Shown in pieces: positions 1 through 8,213 of a stretch of 64,000 nt of DNA; within the stretch, counting starts at the first letter, position 1; each line of letters starts with the position of its first letter. The notes below the pieces were generated by a model. The model did not search any database. It was not told the origin of the DNA and worked only from the letters and a program-made list of their open reading frames with translations. Source of the DNA: a virus; the IMG/VR virus record IMGVR_UViG_3300020462_000003, positions 1 to 64,000 of that record; one strand, 5' to 3'. The translations under genes and the position numbers were made by a program.

Positions 1-39
1 CGGAACCCCCCCCCCCCCTCATCCTGAAAGGAGACCTAG

Positions 40-369
40 ATGAGCGAACAACCGTTACCCCTTTACCTGGTCAACGACCTATTCCGTAACACCTTCCTAC
101 CGATTTTCGGGCGGGTAATGCTCACGCCAGGGGCTGCAGCACATCCTATGCGTGAAGCAGCTATCTCAGCTGTGCGTGTGTTCGATCAGTTCACCGAGGA
201 CAACGACCCGTATGGGGAGCACGACTTCGGTTCGTTCGAGATCGATCACCAACGGTTCTACTGGAAGATCGACTACTACGACCAGCACTACCGCAACGGA
301 TCGGAAGATCCAACCAACCCCCTTATCACCAGACGGCTGCTGACCATCATGCTGGCCGAGGAATACTGA
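40..369 (+). CDS. DUF3768-family protein
   Basis: LVNDLFR...F..DNDPYGEHDFG...WKIDYYD...RLLTIMLAEEY signature; GGAG RBS upstream. Confidence 0.8.
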   Translation: MSEQPLPLYLVNDLFRNTFLPIFGRVMLTPGAAAHPMREAAISAVRVFDQFTEDNDPYGEHDFGSFEIDHQRFYWKIDYYDQHYRNGSEDPTNPLITRRLLTIMLAEEY

Positions 370-372
370 CCC

Positions 373-1071
373 ATGAAACTTATTGGCTTGATTGGCCGTG
401 CCCGTAGCGGCAAAGACACCGTGGCCGGTTACCTGGCCATGCAACACAAATTCACTCATGCCGCCTTTGCAGATCCTATGAAGGAGATGCTGGAAGTGGC
501 TTTCGGCAACATCAATTTCCGTGACGGTGACCGTGAACAGCCGATCGACTGGCTGGGCAAGTCACCTCGCCAACTCATGCAGACCCTTGCAACAGAGTGG
601 GGCCGTGACCTGGTTCATGAAGATCTGTGGACCATGCTCACCGAGCAGAAGGTCAAGAACGCCGTGGAGTTCAACCTTCCACTGGTGATCAGTGACGTTC
701 GTTTCCACAACGAAGCGGACATGATCCTCAAGCATGGTGGCGAGCTGTGGCATATCCAGCGTGACACTGCCGAGACGGTAAACGCTCACGTCAGTGAGCA
801 GTACTCCTGGGACACCTATCAGACCAAGACCCTCGACAACAACGGGTCTCTGGCTGAGCTGTTCCTTCAAGTCGAAGAAGCCTACCAAGGCGAGGCATTC
901 ACCCGGTTCATCGAGCAGGTGAAGGTCTTCTCTCAGGAAACCCAGCCCAAGCTCTGCCGGTGCGACCACAAGCTGCAAGGCACCGGAGCCGTGTTCTACC
1001 AATCCACCAAGCTCCTGCAGTGTTCCAACTGTCATGGCTGGCAGCAGGTGCGTAAACCCATCGAGGTGTGA
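373..1071 (+). CDS. Deoxynucleoside monophosphate kinase (T4 gp1-like) with C-terminal Cys cluster
   Basis: GLIGRARSGKDT P-loop, FADPMKE, SPRQLMQ..TEWGR, ISDVRFHNE, HVSE motifs. Confidence 0.85.
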   Translation: MKLIGLIGRARSGKDTVAGYLAMQHKFTHAAFADPMKEMLEVAFGNINFRDGDREQPIDWLGKSPRQLMQTLATEWGRDLVHEDLWTMLTEQKVKNAVEFNLPLVISDVRFHNEADMILKHGGELWHIQRDTAETVNAHVSEQYSWDTYQTKTLDNNGSLAELFLQVEEAYQGEAFTRFIEQVKVFSQETQPKLCRCDHKLQGTGAVFYQSTKLLQCSNCHGWQQVRKPIEV

Positions 1072-1072
1072 G

Positions 1073-2155
1073 ATGACTGAGATTCAAGAGATGGCTCAGG
1101 CCATCCACGAAAAGCACAAGGCACTATGGCCATTGACTTGGGCGGTTGCTGATTTCATGGCCAAGCAACTGGCAGGGGATCAAGGCTACCTTATCGTCAA
1201 TCAGCTGACCCATGAGTTGATGGGGCTGAATACCGAGCCGGTAGAGCCAGCCCCGGAGCCTCGGGATAAGCGCGTCCGCCCCAGCTACCTAGACCAAGCG
1301 GTGATTGATCGCGTTGCTGAAAGCTCTGCCCGGCATCTGGAAGAGATCGGCCGAGGATTAGCCGAGCCAGCCCCGGCGCAGGATGAGGCGTTGGCAGATC
1401 GAATGCGCGCAGCCGGGATGATGACTATCGACGAGATGCTAAGCGGCGCCCCGCTCGACCGGTTCATGCGACACGCAGGCGTCCACGACCTAGCTACTTA
1501 TGGCCAGTGGCTTGACATGAAGTGCCGCGAGTTCCTGACCATGCAGGCTAAGCGCGACCTCAACAAAGACCCCGAAGACGCTATGTACGAATGGGTAATT
1601 GCTCATGCCGCAGTCTTCCAAGAAGCGCGGATTAACTTCAATGCAGCACGCCCCGCGCAGACCGAGCGGCAGCCTTCTGTTCGCATTACGCTGGTGGAGA
1701 ATGATCCACATGGCGGCACATACATCCGGCAATGGGACAACCTAGCTGGACTTGGCGCCGGTCTTCGCCTTCTCTACGCCGCCCCCATCGCGCAGACCGC
1801 CCCGCAATTTACATCTGCCGATGAGAGCGCCGTCCGCGAGTTGTTGGCCGTCTTGAACCGAGATGGCGGACAGCACCAAGACAGCGTCGGCCTTGCTCAA
1901 GCTGCGCAAGATGCCCTTGGGGAGGTAGACAGACTCCGACAGGCTCAGACCGAGCAGCAGCCGGAGCAGAGCGGGCTGTACACCTGCATCGGCAAGGGTG
2001 GTTCGTATGAACTGATCGGGCGGGCGACTACGGCTGGCGCACTCAAGGTGACAGGCCGTTTTGCGGATGAGGTGATCGTCTATCGCGACACCGAATCAAG
2101 CGCGCTCTACTGCCGAGAGCCGGGAGATTTCCGCCTGCGGATGGCTCGTTGCTAG
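1073..2155 (+). CDS. Mosaic hypothetical protein resembling the modular Ea/Ead-like genes of temperate phages
   Basis: Long ORF with repeated linkers EPAP and AQTE(R/Q)QP; start set at ATG 1073 after GAGG. Confidence 0.6.
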   Translation: MTEIQEMAQAIHEKHKALWPLTWAVADFMAKQLAGDQGYLIVNQLTHELMGLNTEPVEPAPEPRDKRVRPSYLDQAVIDRVAESSARHLEEIGRGLAEPAPAQDEALADRMRAAGMMTIDEMLSGAPLDRFMRHAGVHDLATYGQWLDMKCREFLTMQAKRDLNKDPEDAMYEWVIAHAAVFQEARINFNAARPAQTERQPSVRITLVENDPHGGTYIRQWDNLAGLGAGLRLLYAAPIAQTAPQFTSADESAVRELLAVLNRDGGQHQDSVGLAQAAQDALGEVDRLRQAQTEQQPEQSGLYTCIGKGGSYELIGRATTAGALKVTGRFADEVIVYRDTESSALYCREPGDFRLRMARC

Positions 2156-2263
2156 CAAGCTCGGTGACACCGTTCAGATCCCCTCTGAACTGATTCAGTA
2201 ACACCCCACTCCCTTAACAACATCCTTGCATTCCCCTGGCTCGATCCAGGGGAAGGATTCGTC

Positions 2264-2614
2264 ATGTCCGTAGAAAAGCAGATCAAGGAACTACCAGAAT
2301 GGTATCCCGACAAGGTAACCGAGCAGCAGATGGCTGACATTCTGGGCACCACCAACCGCTCCCTGGAAGCCAGAAGAGCAAGGAATCAGATCCCTGAAGG
2401 GGTTTGGAACCGCATGAATGGCCGCATTTACTACAGCCGATCGAGGTTTGAATCATGGCAAGAAAGCCAATGGCACTGCCCACAGGAGTTGAACTCCACT
2501 ACGGTGCGCTCCGTATCCGATTCAGTTGGAATGGAAAACGCTGCTCCGAAACACTCGACTACCCCACGACGCAAGCGGGGATCACAGCTGCATCCCGTCT
2601 ACGCGATAAAGTAG
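2264..2614 (+). CDS. xis: Excisionase / recombination directionality factor
   Basis: Small wHTH-like N-terminus (EQQMADILGTT..SLE.RR.R...PEGVW...GRIYY) overlapping the integrase start. Confidence 0.7.
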   Translation: MSVEKQIKELPEWYPDKVTEQQMADILGTTNRSLEARRARNQIPEGVWNRMNGRIYYSRSRFESWQESQWHCPQELNSTTVRSVSDSVGMENAAPKHSTTPRRKRGSQLHPVYAIK

Positions 2615-3642
2615 TCCAGATGGCCAAGCACGGCACCCTCACCCCTGAGGCCTATGCCGAGCTGTTTCCCAACTCCACCAATGCCATGGCCGCTGTCAGC
2701 TACACCTTTGGCCAGTATGCCCAGGTCTGGCTCGACAGCCGTAACCTGGCTGCTGGCACACGGGTCAACTACCGGTCAGTGCTCAACCACTGGTGGATGA
2801 AGTACCTGGCCACAACACCCCTGCACGCTATGACCACGGCATTCATGCGTGAACTGGTGGTTCGTGTTCCCTGGACCACCGATGGCGTCAAAGCCAATGC
2901 GATGAACAAGCTGAGCACCATCCTGGAGTCAGCGGTGAGTGACAAACTGATCACTGAGAACCCTCTGGTGGATCTGGACATTCCTAGACCCAAGGAGAAG
3001 ACCATTGATCCCTTCACTCAGGTGGAGGCTGAGCTGATCATCGACAAGCTGTACGCCACTGAGCATTGGCCCAGCGAGATCTATGCAGCCTTCTTTGAGT
3101 TCACCTTCTTCACCGGTATGCGTCTAGGTGAAGTGGCTGCACTCAAGTGGGATTCAGTTGAGCTGGATAAGCGTCGTGTGCTGGTTCGCCGTACGGTTGC
3201 CCAGAAAGAAGTGGAAGACCGAACCAAGACCAAGAAGGATCGGTATGTGTTGCTCAATGACCGGGCCATTCATGCACTGGAGTTCGCCAAGGCTTATGCC
3301 GAACGGCGACTGAAAGGGACGGGCAAGCTCACCGAGTTTCCGTACTGCTTCCCACCCAGCAAGAAGTCCCAGTACATCCAACAGACCAGTGACCTGCACC
3401 ATCAGTGGCGACCTACCCTGAAGGCACTGGGTATTCGATACCGTCCTCCGTACAATGCGCGCCACACGTACGCAACCATGTGTTTGATGGCCGGGATGAC
3501 CCCTGCCTTCATCGCCAAACAGCTTGGCCACTCGTTACAAATTCTCCTCTCTCGATACGCTCGTTGGATCGAAGGGGAAGGTGATTGGAACGAAATGGGA
3601 AAATTGAAAATTGCCCCGAAATTGGCCCGAAGCGAAACCTAA
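2455..3642 (+). CDS. int: Tyrosine integrase with N-terminal arm-binding domain
   Basis: TGMRLGE (R), TKT (K), YNARHTYA (YxxR variant of HxxR), QLGHS (H), RYARW (Y); 395 aa, intact. Confidence 0.95.
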   Translation: MARKPMALPTGVELHYGALRIRFSWNGKRCSETLDYPTTQAGITAASRLRDKVVQMAKHGTLTPEAYAELFPNSTNAMAAVSYTFGQYAQVWLDSRNLAAGTRVNYRSVLNHWWMKYLATTPLHAMTTAFMRELVVRVPWTTDGVKANAMNKLSTILESAVSDKLITENPLVDLDIPRPKEKTIDPFTQVEAELIIDKLYATEHWPSEIYAAFFEFTFFTGMRLGEVAALKWDSVELDKRRVLVRRTVAQKEVEDRTKTKKDRYVLLNDRAIHALEFAKAYAERRLKGTGKLTEFPYCFPPSKKSQYIQQTSDLHHQWRPTLKALGIRYRPPYNARHTYATMCLMAGMTPAFIAKQLGHSLQILLSRYARWIEGEGDWNEMGKLKIAPKLARSET

Positions 3643-3813
3643 CCCTCTGAAACCCGCGAGATAGAGCTTCTTGATTTCTACAGCTAACATCACCATGCAG
3701 TTCTAGGTGGGTTTTTTTGAGGTCTGTTGAACGTATTTACTGGGCTGCAGGCCCCTCAACAGCCCTCAAAAACACCCAATTGGCCCGAAAAGTGGCCCGA
3801 GATTTGGCCCGGA
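3611..3813. other. attP: arm-type repeats flanking a core that resembles the 5' end of an ABC-F gene
   Basis: TTG(G/C)CCCGAA-like repeats at 3611, 3622 and at 3780, 3792, 3804; mini-ORF TTG...TTC TAG at 3671-3706 encodes LISTANITMQF. Confidence 0.8.
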
Positions 3814-3820
3814 ATACACA

Positions 3821-3851
3821 AAGAAAAGCCCCGATATCCGGGGCTTTCTTC
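3821..3851. terminator. Bidirectional intrinsic terminator between int and the lysis genes
   Basis: AAAGCCCCG-ATATC-CGGGGCTTT with A- and T-rich flanks. Confidence 0.8.
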
Positions 3852-3883
3852 TGTCAGTTTTACTCACAGGTTCCGCTCCTTGG

Positions 3884-4306
3884 TTACGCCACTCCTTTAC
3901 GCTTCTCGAAGGTTCTGGCACCGGCATAACCCAGGTAGCCAGCTGAGAAGGTCCACCACAGTTCCTCTGGCAAGGCAGCGAATCCTTTACCTACATTGGC
4001 GAAGAACAGATCCATACCCAAAGGGTTGAATACACCGATCACCGGAGCCACAACCGTCAGGCTCAGGATCACGAAGTAGAACACGTAGAGGAAGGACGGA
4101 CGTGCCCGGCTGGTCCATGGGTCAACACTGCTGGCTTCAGCGACGATGGCCGACATGCGCGTCTCCAGTTCCTTCAGCTCACCATTCTGCTGAAGCGACA
4201 AGAGATCCAGTTGAGCCTTGGCTTTCGCCTGAGGATCTGGAATCAACTTGTCGATCAGCTTGCTGCCTACCTCAAGCAGCGAAGGCACCACGGTGAGCAG
4301 GCTCAT
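3884..4306 (-). CDS. Holin (3TM / GTA-holin type)
   Basis: KLIDKLIPDP..KAKAQL..., WTSRARPSFLYV, GYLGY..RTFEK; hydrophobic segments; next to the endolysin. Confidence 0.8.
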   Translation of the reverse strand: MSLLTVVPSLLEVGSKLIDKLIPDPQAKAKAQLDLLSLQQNGELKELETRMSAIVAEASSVDPWTSRARPSFLYVFYFVILSLTVVAPVIGVFNPLGMDLFFANVGKGFAALPEELWWTFSAGYLGYAGARTFEKRKGVA

Positions 4307-4644
4307 TTGCAGCCCTCGTGTTCCAGGCTGAAGTGATTTCCGTCTGCAGAACTAAAACGTCCACCCCAGCAGCCACCCAGTGACTCCCAGTACTCACCTA
4401 GCTGGGTGTAGTCCTCGGTGGCAGTCAGGTACTTGCCATCCTTGAACAGGTTGAAGTCCACAGCAAGACGCTGCTTGTGAACACTCCGAGCAGCCCCATA
4501 AGCCTTCTTCTCCCCATGCTGGCCATGCAGACGTGGGTCTCGGTAGGCATCGCCAAAGGTCAGTTCATACCCATTCTGGTAGGCATACTCGATGAGCAAG
4601 CCAATCAGGCGTGTGAAGTGTCGTTGTTTGTTTCCTAGTGTCAT
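4303..4644 (-). CDS. Endolysin, M15 (L-Ala-D-Glu-type) peptidase
   Basis: AYR...SVH..RLAVD...WGGRF..DGNHFS zinc-peptidase motifs. Confidence 0.9.
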   Translation of the reverse strand: MTLGNKQRHFTRLIGLLIEYAYQNGYELTFGDAYRDPRLHGQHGEKKAYGAARSVHKQRLAVDFNLFKDGKYLTATEDYTQLGEYWESLGGCWGGRFSSADGNHFSLEHEGCK

Positions 4645-4889
4645 GACGTAAATCCTCTTACCAAGTGACTGCGAGTCCTTTCGCTTTCATAAGCCTGCTG
4701 ACAATGCCCTGGCTGCCAGAAGAACAATCGATTGATCCAGGTATGTGCAACCACCCAACGGCGTTTGGGTGACTGATCCAGTACCCCACAGCGGTAGGCA
4801 CGACTGGACAAGGTTTCGTCCGGTGTGCCTGCCAGCAGGGCATTGGCCAGTTGATCGATGGCGATCAGCACCGACAACCACCAGCTCAC
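4641..4889 (-). CDS. Small phage membrane-associated protein
   Basis: LIAIDQLANALL.G.PDETLSSRAYR...HC..AY..E motif; GTGA overlap with upstream gene. Confidence 0.65.
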   Translation of the reverse strand: MSWWLSVLIAIDQLANALLAGTPDETLSSRAYRCGVLDQSPKRRWVVAHTWINRLFFWQPGHCQQAYESERTRSHLVRGFTS

Positions 4890-5209
4890 GCTTGCACCCA
4901 CAACATGGCTTGTTCGGCACCTGCCAACGACAAGGCCTCACCCAGTTCGGTAGCTGTTACCTGGATCACATCGTTGTTAGCCAATACCCAGGTAACCGTC
5001 TCGCTGGTTGAGGCCTGCAGACCTAGAATGGCGCGAGCCATTCGAGCCTGACTCACCTCATCGCCGTCGAAAGTATTACCTGCAGCAGTAGTGACTTTGA
5101 TCGCACTGACTGCCTCAGTCCGGTCAGACTTCCACTGTTGGCGAGCTGCGAGTACGTCCTCAGCTGCTTTGTCTTCCGCTGTTTTCAGCTGGCTCCAGTC
5201 GATACTCAT
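4886..5209 (-). CDS. Tail-fibre-associated protein (DUF4376-like)
   Basis: IDWSQLKT...FDGDE.SQ.RM.RAI...WVLA.N. Confidence 0.7.
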   Translation of the reverse strand: MSIDWSQLKTAEDKAAEDVLAARQQWKSDRTEAVSAIKVTTAAGNTFDGDEVSQARMARAILGLQASTSETVTWVLANNDVIQVTATELGEALSLAGAEQAMLWVQA

Positions 5210-5553
5210 AAAACCTCCTCCGCTACTACGGGGTCTTCGATGACTTCGGGTTCCGGTTCCGGGTCGAACGGCAGCGGGATCGGCCCGTCAGCCGTGACGG
5301 TCAAAGGCTCAGGGAAAGCAACCGCCCGCGAGGGGTTCGGGCCATGCGGTAGGCGCAGCGTCAAATGCAGCTCGCCGTCAATGCGCGAGACGGGGCCAGT
5401 GATCCAGTCGGAGGCGATGGCCTCGGCTGGCAGCGTGGCGCCTTCCGGTAGCTGACTGAAGTCGAAAGTCTGACCGTTTAGGGTCAGCACGTCGCCGGCC
5501 AGGGAGGCTGTTAGTGTTTCGTCCAGGCGGACTGGGGATAGAGTGATGTGCAT
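5206..5553 (-). CDS. Tail fibre assembly/chaperone-like protein
   Basis: LSP.R.D...GDVLTLNG..FDFSQLPEGATLPAEAI...GPV.R.DG.L.LTL.LPHG, typical downstream of Pseudomonas prophage fibres. Confidence 0.7.
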   Translation of the reverse strand: MHITLSPVRLDETLTASLAGDVLTLNGQTFDFSQLPEGATLPAEAIASDWITGPVSRIDGELHLTLRLPHGPNPSRAVAFPEPLTVTADGPIPLPFDPEPEPEVIEDPVVAEEVL

Positions 5554-5985
5554 TTAGAACCACCTCCCCTTCGCCATGTACGAAGGTTTTGCGCTGGCCG
5601 TTGATATCCCCGCGACAATCCAGACAACGCAGCCTGTGGCTGCTATGACTCCTCCTGTGCATGCCCAGCAGATCGCGCTCTGTGCGTCATCCGCTCCAGG
5701 AACTACCTCGGGGGCTGAGAGAAAAGGCGCAGGGAAAGTCATGACTACGGACGATGGGCTTTGATAGATCCCACCCATGCCTAAAGTCGTGGACAGCCTG
5801 CTCGCGCTAGTAAAGCTGCAAAGCTGCGTCCCATCCGCATACCGCACGTACTCCCCATTGGCATTGCTGCCGCGCTCGATGATCGCGCCAGTGGGCGTGC
5901 CACCGGATTGGGAGACGGTGCCGAGGATGTTATCCCGCATATACCCATTGGCTGGAAACTTCGCCAACTCACGTCCGTTACTCAT
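5554..5985 (-). CDS. Orphan tail-fibre C-terminal (receptor-binding) domain
   Basis: NILGTVSQSGG.PTGAIIERGSNANGEYVRYADGTQ.C...A.GRWF; lacks any N-terminal anchor. Confidence 0.75.
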   Translation of the reverse strand: MSNGRELAKFPANGYMRDNILGTVSQSGGTPTGAIIERGSNANGEYVRYADGTQLCSFTSASRLSTTLGMGGIYQSPSSVVMTFPAPFLSAPEVVPGADDAQSAICWACTGGVIAATGCVVWIVAGISTASAKPSYMAKGRWF

Positions 5986-6388
5986 AGATCACCTCGAACA
6001 CCGGCAGCTCTGCCAGGATCTCTTCAATAGTGGGTTGGGCACGTTCACCACTCTCTACCAGAGCTAGTTGGGTGTATCCGTAATCCCAAACCTGAGAACG
6101 CCAAGCACGGAATGCCCGGCCTTCAATCTGGAACTTAGGGACACTAGGTTCCTCGGCATAGGTCACGGCAGACTTGATATCGTCATAGCCGTAGGCCTTG
6201 GCCGTGGTGTCCATGTGGGATTGGATATCGGCCATGAAGTCTTCGGCAGTGAGGATACGCACCGGGTTAAGGTGTGCCTGGACCTCTGCATCCGTCATGC
6301 GAACTAGGTCAGGCTTGATGTAAGCGTCCTGGCTACCATCAGCTTCATAAGCGGAGACTTCGCCGGTTTCTGATTTGTAGTATTTCAT
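5978..6388 (-). CDS. Tail fibre assembly protein
   Basis: MKYYK...V.AY..DGSQD..I...L..M...EV..HLNP; A.AYGYD.I.SA..YA; FRAWR..VW. Confidence 0.7.
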   Translation of the reverse strand: MKYYKSETGEVSAYEADGSQDAYIKPDLVRMTDAEVQAHLNPVRILTAEDFMADIQSHMDTTAKAYGYDDIKSAVTYAEEPSVPKFQIEGRAFRAWRSQVWDYGYTQLALVESGERAQPTIEEILAELPVFEVIYE

Positions 6389-7890
6389 TAGCGAAGTTCC
6401 TTCCAGCTTGCTATTGGCGAAGTCCCGACTAAACCTGCTGAATATGTAGCGCCGGGAGGGACAGTTGCAGATATAGCAGCATACATAGACGTAGGCACGT
6501 AGCCGCCATAGATAGTTTGATTTCCAATTATTAGATTGACAGCTCCGATATTACTTGAAGTAGGGCCAATCAATATATTAACTTCGATGGGCCTCCCACT
6601 TGTGTTTATGTAGGTGGTGCCCATAGCTCTGCTGGCCGTAAAATTCTGCCAAGTCTGATTCCATCCAAGCTGACCCTCTCGGTTATCAATACGACCCGCC
6701 AAATTCGCAGAGTCGCTCGCCAACTGAGCAGCATCGGCAGACCCGACATTCACGACAGAGCCGAACAACTTTATAACCCAGCAGCCGGTTACGTTGAGTG
6801 GGCGGGTTTCGGCAGCAGTGCGAGTAGTTCCATCTGCAAAGACATTGGCTGTAGCTCTGGGCGGTGTACCCTCCGGAGGACCGTCTAAGTTTATCTTAGT
6901 GTCCCCATAGTTTTGACCAGAGTTGTTTGCGTTTTGCGTTGGGTACAGGCCATGTCTGTGCTGTTGCAAAGCGTCACGTTGAATCTCACCCGCAACAGCA
7001 GCACTCAGCGCACCGTCACCACGCAAGAACACAGCACCCAATGACCCAGAGCTCTTACCGTTGTAGTCAGGCAGGCGGAACGTGGTGCTACCGTCACCAG
7101 TCGAGTAGCAACCACGCTTGGTTGGATCAGCCAGCCACACCGCATCGCTGACCACCGGCACCTTGCCTGCTGCAATGGCAGCCCAGGCATCCGGGTAAGT
7201 AGCTCGGCTCAACAGCTGACCATCAGAGGCTGCACGTCCGGCACCCAGCAAGCTGCGAGACGCAATCCAGCGAACATCCAGTACCGGCTCACCGAACTTG
7301 GCTTCGGCAGTGGCCAGGCGAGACTCCACCTGCGCCGCGCTGTAGGTATCGGCCACCTGGAAGGCACCGAAGGCCTGGATCACCAGCTCGTCACCAGCAC
7401 TGGCTGCGTGCTCCAGCTTGATCTGGGTAGAAGATGACATGCTGAAGTCAGTGACTGGTTCAAGAGCTGAGCCGTTTAGGAACGCCAGGAAGGCATTCGG
7501 CGTGACGTTCAGCACTAGACCGTTGGCATCCACTCCGGTGAATATCGTCTGCCCTGCAATGGCTACGAATTTGAAGGTCGACACCACCTTCGTCAGCTTG
7601 GTGAACTCCCCTGCCGTCAACGACTGATAGGAGTAGGAACCAGCAGGCCAGGCACGAGGAGACGTGCCTTCGAGGCCGCGAACCAGACCATTAAGTGTGT
7701 TACCGCTGCGTGAGGTGTAGCTCACGATCTCGGTGTACAGCGGACTGCCCACGCTATCGGCAATAACCAAAATACCCCCTGTTAGAGGAGGCATGCGGTA
7801 AGCACCTGTTGGGTTGGCCAGTGTCACTGACACATCGGCAGATCCTAGTGGCGCTGCCAACTGAACCTGTACAAAATTCTCATAGGTCAT
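6388..7890 (-). CDS. Tail fibre with collar domain
   Basis: GDGSTTFRLPD.NG...FLRG...Q.DALQ.H.H...ETRP.NV collar; GWNQTWQ...TY.NTSGRPI tip. Confidence 0.85.
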   Translation of the reverse strand: MTYENFVQVQLAAPLGSADVSVTLANPTGAYRMPPLTGGILVIADSVGSPLYTEIVSYTSRSGNTLNGLVRGLEGTSPRAWPAGSYSYQSLTAGEFTKLTKVVSTFKFVAIAGQTIFTGVDANGLVLNVTPNAFLAFLNGSALEPVTDFSMSSSTQIKLEHAASAGDELVIQAFGAFQVADTYSAAQVESRLATAEAKFGEPVLDVRWIASRSLLGAGRAASDGQLLSRATYPDAWAAIAAGKVPVVSDAVWLADPTKRGCYSTGDGSTTFRLPDYNGKSSGSLGAVFLRGDGALSAAVAGEIQRDALQQHRHGLYPTQNANNSGQNYGDTKINLDGPPEGTPPRATANVFADGTTRTAAETRPLNVTGCWVIKLFGSVVNVGSADAAQLASDSANLAGRIDNREGQLGWNQTWQNFTASRAMGTTYINTSGRPIEVNILIGPTSSNIGAVNLIIGNQTIYGGYVPTSMYAAISATVPPGATYSAGLVGTSPIASWKELR

Positions 7891-8204
7891 TTATTACGCA
7901 CCTTGATCTTGAACTCGACTTCTTTGGTCCGGTCTTGTTCGGTCAGAACAACACAAGTCACGATGTAGTCCATGAAGTTAGTACCGCCCCCGATCCAAAC
8001 TTTGAACCGTTTAGGATCGGCCCCCATGATCACGTACTCAGGGTGAACACCGGGACCTACAACAAGTGTGGGCTGCTCTTCAGCAACACTGGTTACCGTG
8101 ATAGTTACTGTTTCAATGTCGTCAAACGGAATGGATGAAAACCAATCCGCCATCTCTACATCATAGTCGAGAACTTCATTCGGCTGCTTAACAAATACTT
8201 CCAC
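7887..8204 (-). CDS. Tail fibre adaptor-like protein
   Basis: KQP.EVLDYDV...W...VWIGGG....Y.VT...T...R..E motif; position in tail cluster. Confidence 0.65.
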   Translation of the reverse strand: MEVFVKQPNEVLDYDVEMADWFSSIPFDDIETVTITVTSVAEEQPTLVVGPGVHPEYVIMGADPKRFKVWIGGGTNFMDYIVTCVVLTEQDRTKEVEFKIKVRNK

Positions 8205-8213
8205 GGAATCACC

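Noticed and set aside
3611-3813. CRISPR-like mini-array
   Set aside because: Repeats are 10 bp with 1-2 bp gaps and no spacers; integrase arm sites explain them.
4886-7890. Invertible tail-fibre switch or diversity-generating retroelement
   Set aside because: Both tips are in the same orientation; no invertase, reverse transcriptase or template/variable repeat pair seen.
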